64,000 nt of DNA, taken from Octopus sinensis. Its lineage: Eukaryota. The notes under the pieces are model-generated. The model was not told the DNA's origin. It saw only the letters and a program-made list of their open reading frames with translations, and searched no databases. The position numbers were made by a program, and so were the translations under genes. The number at the start of each line of letters is the position of its first letter. The stretch's first letter is position 1. The DNA is taken from assembly GCF_006345805.1 (NCBI RefSeq), contig NW_021833803.1, forward strand, positions 1 to 64,000, given 5' to 3'. This document shows positions 24,740 through 36,241 of this stretch, one piece after another.

Positions 24740-25519
24740 TTATTTAATTGAAAATTTTTTTAGTAGCATTATGAAACTAATACAACATACTAAGATATTT
24801 TTTCCAGAAAAGATCGAAAAATATCCTTTTAAATTAAATGACAGATATAATCTGACAATCAAGAAAATAAAATTGATCCCCAAAATAGACGAAAATATAG
24901 CAATAAAACATTTTTCACTATAATCGTCTCTATTTAGAGCCCACTGTTTATAATTGGTACAATATATTATCACAATTAGAGAGATAAATATGAAGCTTAA
25001 CGTCGTTATTAAAGGAAATGGGATTATTTGTGATAAAGATTCAATACCATGACGTGAATAAACAAGACTATGAAAATCAATTGAGTCGAGAAAATCGACA
25101 AATGCTAAATATTTGCCATAATACGTGTTTTTAGGATTATATATACTTGTAATTATGTTCAAAATATAAAATAAAAATCCTAAACATATTTCTATCACAC
25201 AAATGATTGTAGGTGAAACAGAGTAGAGAAATGAAAATTTAACAAATGTCATCACAAACAATAACTCAAAAGATAAAAATAACAGCAATATTTGATGTTT
25301 AATTATTTTAATTTTATGACTTGATTTTTTAAAAGAACGGTGAAAAATAATAAAAATAGTAAAAATCGAAATGCAAATAAAATCACCAAACAACCATAGC
25401 AAATGTATAGAATTTTGTTTAACTAGTCTTTCAGATAGAAATCCTGTTTGCCCTCCATATATACAAATAAACAAAAAACATAAAGTTAAATATTCAACTT
25501 TAGTCAAATCAGAATTCAT
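24740..25519 (-). CDS. TMEM121/CECR6-family multipass membrane protein, 259 aa, intronless
   Basis: About 7 hydrophobic segments; LWLFGDF, FVDFLDSIDF, INFIFLIVRL and IFSGKNIL resemble TMEM121 motifs (VGD, LDLLDLLDM, IFVGKNVV) in the same order. Confidence 0.7.
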   Translation of the reverse strand: MNSDLTKVEYLTLCFLFICIYGGQTGFLSERLVKQNSIHLLWLFGDFICISIFTIFIIFHRSFKKSSHKIKIIKHQILLLFLSFELLFVMTFVKFSFLYSVSPTIICVIEICLGFLFYILNIITSIYNPKNTYYGKYLAFVDFLDSIDFHSLVYSRHGIESLSQIIPFPLITTLSFIFISLIVIIYCTNYKQWALNRDDYSEKCFIAIFSSILGINFIFLIVRLYLSFNLKGYFSIFSGKNILVCCISFIMLLKKFSIK

Positions 25520-25699
25520 CGATTATGAATTATATTATATAAACTAAATTTTTTATTTATACATTCGGAACAGATCGAAACTAAAAATGACATCTGCGAA
25601 TGTATTGACAGAATATTTATTGACCAATTTTTTCAATTGATGAAATCTAAATTTTATATACATTTTACATCCAAAGTGCTGTTTGACCTCGTTTAACGA

Positions 25700-26520
25700 A
25701 AGTAATAAGTGGACGAAGGAGAAGAGTGTGCCTCGGAGGCCTGAAGTTCACGTCTCAACTCCTGCCCAACGGTGTACCACAGGGATCCCCCTTATCCCCG
25801 GCCCTTTTCAATCTTTTCCTGGAAGATTTCCCGTCCTCCCTCGACAATAATGATGTTGTCATTTCAAATGCGGATGACATCGTACTAGCCTCACGGGACC
25901 GGGACATCCGAAAGGCCGCTGAAAGACTCTAAGCTAACTTGGATCGGTTCAACCTATGGCTAACTGACAACCGACTCGTAGTAAACGCGGCGAAGTCCGC
26001 CACGTTCCTTTTCACATCTGACAAAAGATAGGGAGAGTCTTCGGTCAACTTTAAGTTGAACAATGTGTCCGTATTCTTTTATAAAAGTCAGACGGTTCTA
26101 GGGGTAACCCTCGACATGCACCTCTGCTTTTCCCCGCACGTAGACAATCTTCTTCGTAAATGCGAGAAACAAATAAACGTGCTCAAAAGCTTATCTAGTT
26201 TATGGAAAAACGGTTCCCGCCGGGTATTGACGAATATTTACCGTCAATTATTTGAACCGTCAATATCCTACGCCTGCAAATCATGGGGTCCGCGGTTATC
26301 GTGGTCCAACAGGAAGCGAATTGAAGATGTCCAACAAATGAACCGAACGTTGGTCGCAACGATAACAAACGCTTTAGTCCGGGCCTATGGAAGATCAAGC
26401 TGAACCTCAGTTTGTTATAAATGCCACGACAAATGCGGCCACCCGCCCAAGACGATGTTGTGTGAACATTAGAAAGATCACCGAGCGAAGATGAGGTCCC
26501 TGGTTGAGTGCATCGGGATC
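25700..26520 (+). mobile_element. 5'-truncated LINE (RT C-terminal half), same family as 57390-58340
   Basis: NGVPQGSPLSPALFN, NADDIV and LGVTLDMHLCFSPHV; internal stops. Confidence 0.75.
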
Positions 26521-26569
26521 ACGTGACGTTTATTCGGTTTTTACCATGGTCTAAGTGATTTAAAAAAGA

Positions 26570-26642
26570 GCCCCGATGGTGAAGTGGTTATCACGTTCGC
26601 CTCACACGCGAAAGGTCCTGGGTTCAATTCCCAGTCGGGGTA
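26570..26642 (+). tRNA. trnV-CAC: tRNA-Val (anticodon CAC)
   Basis: 73-nt cloverleaf: acceptor stem GCCCCGA/TCGGGGT, D stem GTGA/TCAC, anticodon stem TTCGC/GCGAA with CAC at 26603-26605, T arm CTGGG-TTCAATT-CCCAG; TTTT terminator directly downstream. Confidence 0.95.
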
Positions 26643-26714
26643 GTTTTATTATCCTTGTCAATTTTATGTTTCTTATTTTGTGTCTATTTATGCTCTCTTG
26701 TTCTTTATTATTTA

Positions 26715-29700
26715 CTAGCTCGGCAGCTCGCTTCGCTCACCGCGACCTAGCTCCTGCGGAGGGCCTGTTTTATCAAACAACTATAAGTTTATGTAGATGT
26801 ATAAAACTACCTGGTTTAATGTAACCCTATTCTATCGCCTGTTGATAAACGATGTTTGTCGTCCGTCCTTCCTTGGCATATATGAATAAATTTTCTCTTC
26901 TGCCTACCCTCGAGCATCCCACATACAGCTGTCCATGTGAAAAGCACTCACTCTCTAAAAATAACCCAACTACCTTTAATGACTGTCCCTGGGCCTTGTT
27001 TATTGTCATTGCAAAACTCATCCTCAAAGGAAATTGCAGCCTTTTAAATCTAAATGGTAATTCATCAGAAATTATCGGAATTCGTGGAATATAAACATCC
27101 TCACCTCTATACTTACCTGTGAATATCGTCGCCTCTATTACGTTAGCCATCAAATTTTTGATAACTAACCTCGTTCCGTTGCATAATTTAGGTGGCGCAA
27201 GATTTCGTAATAAAACCACTGGAACGCCTATCTTTAACTTTAAAAGATGATTCGGCATTCCAGAGGGATCTAAGGAGTTTAAAAATTCAATCCGGTTGAA
27301 TTTGTAGAAAATAACAAAAAAATAAAAAAAACAAATAAAAATAAATAATTTAAAAACAAAAGAAATGAAAAAACAAAAAAAAACTTTAAAAATTTGTAAA
27401 AAAGTATAAACAAAAAAAATCTCTGCCGCCACGGCAACAGCCTGTCTAATTTTTTTGACAGCCAGTTAAGATAATGCTTAAGAGCCTTTATAGTCCGGAG
27501 ATTTAGCTTAGTGACCTTGATTAGACAAACCACTGGCGGAGATGGGGCAGCCGGAGATGCGGCAGGCGGAGATGCGGCAGGCAGAGTAGCAGCAGCCAAA
27601 AAAGCGACACACAAAAAAGATTTAATTACCTTAAGCTGACCGTTTTTTCTTCAGCTTCGTTTTTCCTCCTTCGGTTATCTATTTAAAAAATTATTTTTGA
27701 ATAATAAAAAATATTAGGAAAAAAGAGGCATACAGAAAATAAATTCTATCTTTACGAAAAACTTCTTTTCTTAAGGTCGTCTTCCCTCCTTCAGTTATCT
27801 ATTGAAAAAATTATTTTTGAATAATAAAAAAGTTTAGGAAAAGAGGCATACCGAAAATAAATTCTATCTTTACGAAAAACTTAACTAAATAGTTAATATT
27901 TTTACGCAAATTCTTCTGATTGCGCTGTCAATTGGTGGTAAATTGTGTTAATGATTTTGCTAATGTGGTTTCAACTATCAAAGTGTTTTTCAAAATCTGT
28001 TAATTGCACACTCTATTCAAGGTCGTGCAATCTGTAATTGCACATTCTGTCAAAGTCAAATATGATAATAGGTTTAATTTTGAATGGTATATGCATTTAA
28101 TTTTAAAGAGAAAATCATAAGATGAATTGAATTTCTTTATCGCGAATAATTGGGAGTTCATCATTGTTAATATTCTCGCTGTCGTTTTCATCAAGGATAT
28201 TTTTAATACGTGAGATTTTTAATGGACCTCATCATGAATGTCGAGGACATTAACGTTGTTCATTTTAATCAAATGCAGAAAATAATTTTTTGATTTTTTG
28301 GCGGAAAGGTTTTAAGGACCTCATCATGTAAGTCGAGGACATCGTAGTTGTTCATTTTAACCAAAATGCAGAAAATTTTTTTTAATTTTTTTTGGGGGGA
28401 AGGTTTTAAGGACCTCATCATGTAAGTCGAGGACATCGTAGTTGTTCATTTTAACCAAAATGCAGAAAATTTTTTTTTAATTTTTTTTGGGGGGAAGGTT
28501 TTAAGGACCTCATCATGTAAGTCGAGGACATCGTAGTTGTTCATTTTAACCAAAATGCAGAAAATTTTTTTTTAATTTTTTTTGGGGGGAAGGTTTTAAG
28601 GACCTCATCATGTAAGTCGAGGACATCGTAGTTGTTCATTTTAACCAAAATGCAGAAATTTTTTTTAATTTTTTTGGGGGGAAGGTTTTAAGGACCTCAT
28701 CATGTAAGTCGAGGACATCGTAGTTGTTCATTTTAACCAAAATGCAGAAAATTTTTTTTTGATTTTGTTTGGGGGGGAAGGTTTTAAGGACCTCATCATG
28801 TAAGTCGAGGACATCGTAGTTGTTCATTTTAACCAAAATGCAGAAATTTTTTTTTAATTTTTTTTGGGGGGAAGGTTTTAAGGACCTCATCATGTAAGTC
28901 GAGGACATCGTAGTTGTTCATTTTAACCAAAATGCAGAAAATTTTTTTTAATTTTTTTGGGGGGAAGGTTTTAAGGACCTCATCATGTAAGTCGAGGACA
29001 TCGTAGTTGTTCATTTTAACCAAAATGCAGAAATTTTTTTTAATTTTTTTTGGGGGGAAGGTTTTAAGGACCTCATCATGTAAGTCGAGGACATCGTAGT
29101 TGTTCATTTTAACCAAAATGCAGAAAATTTTTTTTTGATTTTGTTTGGGGGGGAAGGTTTTAAGGACCTCATCATGTAAGTCGAGGACATCGTAGTTGTT
29201 CATTTTAACCAAAATGCAGAAAATTTTTTTTTAATTTTTTTTGGGGGGAAGGTTTTAAGGTCCTCATCATGTAAGTCGAGGACATCGTAGTTGTTCATTT
29301 TAACCAAAATGCAGAAAATTTTTTTTTGATTTTGTTTGGGGGGGAAGGTTTTAAGGACCTCATCATGTAAGTCGAGGACATCGTAGTTGTTCATTTTAAC
29401 CAAAATGCAGAAATTTTTTTTTAATTTTTTTTGGGGGGAAGGTTTTAAGGTCCTCATCATGTAAGTCGAGGACATCGTAGTTGTTCATTTTAACCAAAAT
29501 GCAGAAAATTTTTTTTTAATTTTTTTGGGGGGAAGGTTTTAAGGACCTCATCATGTAAGTCGAGGACATCGTAGTTGTTCATTTTAACCAAAATGCAGAA
29601 AATTTTTTTTAATTTTTTTTGGGGGGAAGGTTTTAAGGACCTCATCATGTAAGTCGAGGACATCGTATTGCCAATTTGAAGTTGGTGTGCACACATAGAC

Positions 29701-29763
29701 AGACAGACAGAAAGACAGACAGACAGACAGACAGACACACACCATACCATTTTATTATTAAGA
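26715..29763 (-). mobile_element. Non-autonomous Helitron derivative 1 (3049 bp)
   Basis: A|TC 5' end with (CTGT)n microsatellite; 3' imperfect hairpin plus CTAG|T; Pif1 helicase C-terminal fragment ~26827-27290 ([36 protein letters not shown]); internal 93-bp array. Confidence 0.9.
28215..29668. repeat. Tandem array of a ~93-95 bp unit, about 15 units plus a degenerate edge unit
   Basis: Unit GAAGGTTTTAAGGACCTCATCATGTAAGTCGAGGACATCGTAGTTGTTCATTTTAACCAAAATGCAGAAAA(T)nAA(T)n(G)n; length variation is confined to homopolymer runs. Confidence 0.95.
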
Positions 29764-29777
29764 TTTATCAAAGTGAG

Positions 29778-29813
<36 letters not shown>

Positions 29814-29839
29814 CAATTTTTTTTTTTTTTTTGAAATGA

Positions 29840-30060
29840 CAGTTTATAAGGTAAAGAAATCAAGTGAGAATTACTTCTCATGACCGCCTGAAGAAAGACG
29901 AGGTCGAGAAATGACATAAATACGATCTATTAACAGGGCATTGTCCATTCTTTACAACGCTCAAGTGAAAATAATTCCAATGGTTTTCACTTGGGACGAG
30001 GTCTTTTCCAAGTTTTTTAAGAACTATATTGAAAAGTTGGCTATCGAAGACTGGATAATC
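29840..30060 (+). pseudogene. Decayed RLE-type LINE fragment, preceded by long poly(T) runs at 29781-29832
   Basis: RITSHDRLKKDEVEK*HKYDLL..KIIPMVFTWD. Confidence 0.6.
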
Positions 30061-30087
30061 TTATTTTATTTATATTTATTCTGAAAA

Positions 30088-32590
30088 TTTTTTTTTTTTT
30101 TTTCAATTAAAAGAAAAGAAAATGGAACAGGAAGTCAGCTACTAGCCGCAGAGAGAATAGAGAAACTGTTCCCCCTGAGTACGGCTATTGAGACGCGCTC
30201 AAAAAGCCGATTGACCTCGCGGGGGTCGTTTCTAATCCTCCCGAGGTGACGGCCTCTCTCGGTGAGAAAACGTAGCGTGGCTGGGCCGAATGTGCCTGAT
30301 GTTTCGACTGAAACAGGCACAAAGAGGAATCTGTCGGCGAGCGAGGCGTACTTGTCTTTCTTCCGGGTCTCTGCCCTCTTCGCCGCTGTGCCAGCTTCGA
30401 TCGCGGACGCGAGAAGGCATGTTGACGCAAAAGTGTCAGAGCATGTCGCGTCCCAGACGATCGCTTTGCCGCACTTGAACGGGAAGAGCGAGACGCCGTC
30501 CGGCCTCTTGCCATCGCCCCTGTTAAGGCCAGAGGGCTCCAGCTGGCACGGGATGCCGGTTGCCTCGAGCAGACGCTTTATTATGGAATTAAGCTGTCCG
30601 TGCCTGGGGAACCTCCCAGGGCATTTGCGGCAGGAGAGCGGGTGTAGACCTTTGCGGTCTATATGAGCCCCGCAACGGCATTGGTGAGGCTGGCAAATGT
30701 CCAAGCCGAGTCGGAGAGATATTCCGATTCTTAAACAGTCTGGGTCCAGGAAGGTTCCAGCTGCAGGGGAAGGATAGGCGTTGATCCAGGCGCCAGTCCG
30801 TGGAGATGCTCCAGACAACAGACAAGCACGCCGGTGTTGGTCTCCGTGAGACAGTAAGTACCGGAAAGACTGAGAGCTGCTGATCTCCGTCCATTCGCGC
30901 ATAAGGCATAGGTCAACGGAGTTTTTAGTCCGCAATCTGTCCACAACGATGTGCCGTATGAAAGCTCTGAGTCCGTGAGCGATCCAGAGGGAGAAGGAAG
31001 GATCTGGACTACGAGAGGCATGCATCGGTGAGAAGAAGAAAGAAAGCATGGCAAGGAGAGAACCGAGGGGGCTTGGAATCCGAGACCCCCGTGCCTGATA
31101 GGCAGGATAGCCTGTTTCCAGCCCATTTCGTCAAAATGTACGTTTGAGATTTGAACGAGAGTATTCCTGAGCAGCGAATCGAATTCTCCGACTGCATCCG
31201 GGAATCGGAAACAGGGAGAAGTGCGAAGTGCGTACTCCAAACGAGGAAAGGCAAGAAAGTTCTTCAGTAGGAAGAAAGCCACATGGGCGTCGATGGATTT
31301 AAGAGTGTCGAATGATTTTTCCATATTAAGAAGTTTAGCGCGGAGGAAAGATGGGATTCCGGACGAGAATAGAGGCGTACCGAGAAGAGTAAGTTCTTCG
31401 GGCAGAACGGTGCGTATGGCTGGGAGATTATGGTCGAACAGGGGCTGGATTTCCAGAGTAAAGAGTGCATGGTCGTATCCTATATTGAAAATCTCTGATT
31501 TTTGTGGGTTCACGGTAAGGCCTATAGAAGCCAGTATCGGAGCCACATTGTTCAGGTCATTTACAACACTATCGGCCGGGCCTCCAATAGAGGCGTCGTC
31601 GAGGTACCAGACGTTGAGCTCAGAAGTGCACGAGCGGACCGCTTCATCGATGGCCAGCGAAAAAAGGAGAGGGCCGAGAGGATCGCCCTGTTGTACACCG
31701 GTGGCGGAAATAATGGTAGAAGAGCCGGAGATAAGAAGAGTAGGAGAGCCGTAGCTTTGGTGCACGAACCGATAAATGGATGGGCAACGAAGAAAGCAAG
31801 ATTCCAGCACAGAGTCGCGGCGGACACTGTTAAATGCGTTGGTAATGTCTAGTTTGACTAGAATTCGGGGATGTAAACTCTCGGTCACAAAGCGTCTGGC
31901 GGCATGCACCGCTGCCTCGCAGCCTGAGGAAACCCCAACTCCTAGCTGTAACGGGAGGAAAGCTTTTGCAAGTTCCGGGGAGACCGACCAGCAGGCGAGC
32001 TTTGAAGCCAGACGTCGGAAAATGTTCCCGACGGCGATAGGACGAACTCCGCCGTCTTTTTTGGAAAAAGGAAGCAGATGGGCGGAGAAAATGAGTCCAC
32101 GAGCGAATGCGGATAAGTTTGAAGATAAAAGGTTGTTGACAAGTTCCGTGATCGAGGTAAGGAGCAGCGAGCCTGTTGGGCCGATCAAGGGAGAGATGAG
32201 GTTGCGAAGGTGACTGGGGCGGAGCCCCTCAATGCCTGCACTGCTGCTAGGTGAAAAAGATTTGAGAGCGCGGCAGATCGCATCGTTGGTGAGTTTCGGG
32301 GGGGAGGGCGTGGAATCGACGGATGGAAAAGGCCTGAGGTCTACAGGGGCGGGAGGGTGTTTGCACTTCAAAGTGTTGATAACGTTTTTGGTCGATGGGA
32401 GTACTCCGCCATTGGAAGCCAGAACTCTCATAGCAGCTCTGGTGTCGCCCTCGATCAATTTGGAGAAGATACGAGGCCCAAGAGAGGCGGTGTCAAAGCC
32501 TGAAGTACCGGCGTTTGTACTATCGTCGGGATTGAAGCGCTTTGCGGCTTCGACATGACTGGCAAGGATCGAGCTTAGAAACTCGTCCTA
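30088..32590 (-). mobile_element. CRE-clade non-LTR retrotransposon (RT plus RLE), 5'-truncated, one frameshift near 30920, poly(A) tail
   Basis: GGVRPIAVGNIFRRL, LDITNAFNSVRR, GVQQGDPLGP, WYLDD; zinc-binding CRCG..H...C; RPDG..WDATCSDT; ERVSIAVLRGN; A15 tail about 30 nt after the stop. Confidence 0.92.
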
Positions 32591-33169
32591 TTTTATATTT
32601 TATAAAATAATGTATTCATTTTGTTTTAGTCTTAATCTGTAAAAAAAATCTGTATAGATCTTCACAAATTTTAAAAGAATGGATTAGTTCGCATTTTTCT
32701 CAGCATTACATTTCCTCCCGTTTTTATTGCGTTAAATTCTGTATTTTAGGAATCTTTGGCATTATGAAATCGCTAAAAAAAAACTTTTTTATAAGAATTA
32801 AAGACAAATTTATAGTATGACAAAAAGCAAGTTTTCAAAGGTTCTCAATTATGCTATGCACTAATACAGATGGATTCGACAAAAAATGCGATTGATGATT
32901 TGAAACCTTTTCTCTATATCGACCTGTATTAAAGTTCATTTCGTAATTTAAATCTTTCAAGCCACCAATTGGAAGCTTTAAAAGAAGTAAATCCAATTTC
33001 TTAAGCTGTTTCTAAGGCAATTAACGAAATAGTTCCTTTAATTGTTTTGTACTTTGTGATTAGTTGTCTTTCAGATAAATTACGAAAACAGACACTAGAA
33101 ATAACTTTAGATAATTTAAAAACATATAATCCATTCTAAGGCACGTTCGAGGAAATAAGACTACGCAGT

Positions 33170-33530
33170 TTAGGACGCTCTTCCAGCCTCGCGGATTGCG
33201 AAACAGTTGCCACGGATTACGGCAATGGAGAGGCGTTGAATAAGCCAAAAGGACTATCTCGGGTCTTCTCTTCCTTTGTCGATTCTTCTCTCCAAACCAC
33301 GTAAAATACAAAGCGACTTGGAGTCAAAAACCCCCAGAGCTCTCAACGGCGATGGGCGTGAAAATAAGATAAGAGACTTCAGCGCTATTAGAAGCGAAGC
33401 CTGGGTCGACAACCGACATGGCTAGGTTCCCGTTGGAGAATGTGTCACACCAGGTAGAATCCCATATAAGGGATTTTCCCTGCTCGAAGGGATATGTAGT
33501 TAAGCCAAATTGTTCCTCGGGATGGGGCTA
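33170..33530 (-). pseudogene. Decayed CRE-clade fragment
   Basis: KSLIWDSTWCDTFS..SAVESSGGF..ENRQRKRRPE..LLAYS. Confidence 0.55.
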
Positions 33531-33554
33531 TTGATCAAAAGTTAATTTATACCA

Positions 33555-33833
33555 GCAAAAATGAAAATGTGGTTATTGTAAATTCTTTTCGCGCATTCGA
33601 CACCTAAAGAAAATATTTTAAACTGCATGTGACAGACATGCAAACTTTAAACACGTTGGAAAATATTGGTCAAAAACTAAGAATATCTAGATTAAAAACT
33701 AAAATTACTGATTTTTGTGAATAAAAAATTTTTCATTTGTTCATAAGAAAATAATAAAAAAATGATAAAAACCCCTCTAGAATCCGCCAAAGTTCGGTCA
33801 GGAACCAAAAATGGCAGATTTAAGAGTTTACTG
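33555..33833 (-). mobile_element. pogo/Tigger terminal fragment, inverted copy of 19212-19465
   Basis: Ends GAGTTTACTG|TA; colinear by eye with the 19212 copy. Confidence 0.6.
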
Positions 33834-34127
33834 TATAAAACTTTGATTATGATTAAATATTTCAATTCTAAATACTTTGATAACTTTTAAGATAATTTTT
33901 TTATTATTTTAAAAATTAATCAAGAAAAAAACTTTCCTGAAAATTTTGAATATTGGTATTAATTGTTCAAGCAGGTCGAGGGGTAAAAGTTCCACAAATA
34001 CGACTTACTGACAAATGAACTGAAAGCTATCCACCAAGCGAAAGTGAAGATCGTCCCTATAGTTATGACCTGGGACGGGATTCTGTCGAAATTCTTCAAA
34101 AACTATCTGGAGACGCTTAGGGTAGAG

Positions 34128-35243
34128 CAGAGGTTTCCAAGCTTTTTTTTACGCGCCTCCCTTAGAGAAAAAGTACAATCTTGCGCCTCCCTTTATATTC
34201 CATAATATAATACAATTATTATTTTATCAAAAACAATTTTTTAAAACAAAAGTTAATGAGATAATTTTTTTTCCATCTTGGCGCAAAGTTTTTCAAATCT
34301 TGGTGTCATCGCAGAGAGTGCTACTCTTAGCTCATTAGTCACTACTAAACGAGTTCGATATTTAGATTTAATTGCAGCTAGTGCAGAAAATCCAGTTTCG
34401 CATAAATATGAAGTAGCAAATGGCAACAAAACTTTCATTGCTTTATTCGACAAAATTTCATATTCCGTTCTTACATTCAACCAAAAAGAAATTAGCGGTT
34501 CTCTCTCAAATTTTTGTTTCAATAATGTATCGCATGACAATTCTATCAATTTTTCTTTTTCAAAAGTTGTCAATGCAAATTGATTATTCTTCATCAAAAA
34601 TGGATTCTGTATCCATTCGAACATTTTACAGTCGAGATCTTTAAAATAGTGAGCAAAATGCTTCAACAAACATCCAAATGTTCAGCAAATATGTCTTTGT
34701 TTAACGATTTCGTTTGGTTATCAAACTCTTCTAATTTTCTTTTAAAAATTCTTCAGACTTATGGACATGTTCAGAATGCATCGTTTCAAAATGTCTTCTT
34801 AATTTGCATGGCCTCATACTATCTGCTGCAAGTGTTTTGAGGCAAAGCAAACAGAGGGGTTTTTCCATAGAATCACAAAGATACGTGTGAATCCTAACAA
34901 TAAGTAAGATGGAAAGTATTTTCTTGTCTTTGGAGTGGTATTGATTATATTCCAATCATTTTGATTTTTTGAACCATCGTCAAAATCTTTATTATTCGTG
35001 AATTTTCTTTTGCAACCACTCAAGAATTTATTCATGTGTTAAAATTATTTAATTGTCTAATAAATTAAATAATTTTTGAAAAAATATAATTTTTAAATTA
35101 ATAACTCTTATTATCGGAATATAGTCACGTTTTTTACATAGATATAATTTTCTAAAAAATGTTTCTGAAATACTTTTCGCGCCTCCCTTGACACGAGTCA
35201 ACGCCTCCCTAGGGAGGCGCGCCTCCCCATTTGGAAACCTCTG
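34128..35243 (-). mobile_element. hAT Buster/Charlie-type element (1116 bp), internally deleted
   Basis: TIRs CAGAGGTTTCCAA and TTGGAAACCTCTG; 8-bp TSD GGGTAGAG with central TA; BED-finger remnant (CLLC..MRPCKLRRHFETMH) and dimerisation domain (PFATSYLCETGFS); splits an RLE-LINE fragment (YLETLRVE|DRVKAYIQ). Confidence 0.92.
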
Positions 35244-35854
35244 GGGTAGAGGACAGGGTAAAAGCATATATCCAGACACTAGTGTTGCGGGAGACCTCAG
35301 AGAGCAAAATACTATAAATGATGTAAAAATACTACAAATGGCGAAAACGGAAACCGAATAACTATTAATTCGTTTTATTTGTTTGTCAGTGTCTCACTAG
35401 AAAAATTTTATGTATAGTATTTAACTGAAACAACATTGTTACCGATGATAAATGATATGCTGATGCATGATTAATCTGTATTTTATAGCGACTTTAAGTT
35501 TACGTAGGGAGAGAATTGTTTGATTGTTGCTGCAAAAATAACGATCGAAATTCATTGCCAGAACCATGATGATTTCCATGGCTCATTTCTACTGTAAGTA
35601 ATCATTTCCCGAGTACTTGTATAAAGTTTTGATGAATGCGATGAGAGCAAAAAGTGATGTTTTGAGGAATTTTTTATTTATAAAGTTTTACTCGCTGCGT
35701 GTTGTTCGCAAAGTGCCAAGTAGAAATAGAGTTCCTTTTTAAAAGAGCTTTTTTAGTTCCTTTTAGGTCAATTGGAAAATTAAAATGATGAAATCTTCGA
35801 TCTTTGTAACAGAAAGGTCATTTTGATTTCGGCTTTTTTAATTACTACTGATAA

Positions 35855-36080
35855 CGACCTTATCAGGAGAGCCCTGGAAGTCGCCGGAATCCCTTCCCTG
35901 CTTGAACCCTCTGGGATCGATCGGGGGACGGAAAAAGGCCTGACGGGATCACTGTGTTTCCCTTCAACAGGGGGAAGCCTCACAGGCGACACCCGCGAAT
36001 CAAGATGGTTTTTCGAGCGGATATCCATTGCGATAGTACGCTCTAATTCTTTCTTGATTGCGTCGACTTCCCGCCCATGA
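35855..36080 (+). pseudogene. CRE-clade fragment inserted in the duplicated segment
   Basis: RRALEVAGIPSLLEPSGIDRG..WFFERISIAIVRSN. Confidence 0.7.
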
Positions 36081-36241
36081 AGCTTTCAACACTTGACCGA
36101 ATCCTTTTTTTCGTAATAAACCAATCGAATTAAAAAAATCAAAGTTCAGAACAAGGTTAAATTAAAATTATTCCAAGAAAAATGTTAATTTAATATTATT
36201 TGGTCAAACTTAGATTTAGTTGAGCCGGACAAAGTATGTTA

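Noticed and set aside
26576-26824. 82-aa ORF overlapping the tRNA
   Set aside because: Spurious frame across the tRNA, AT-rich spacer and Helitron end.
28215-29668. CRISPR-like appearance of the regular arrays (also 44710 and 55737)
   Set aside because: Units are contiguous with no unique spacers, no cas genes are present, and the context is eukaryotic.
28636-29816. Repetitive ORFs (MNNYDVLDLHDEVLK...) as real genes
   Set aside because: Frames shift at random with homopolymer length; they are by-products of the tandem unit.
29781-29832. Long poly(T) runs as a telomere or regulatory element
   Set aside because: Best explained as orphan retrotransposon poly(A) tails; length is unreliable.
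30185-32558. Many overlapping alternative-frame and antisense ORFs in the CRE element
   Set aside because: Expected shadow ORFs of GC-rich coding DNA; no motifs.
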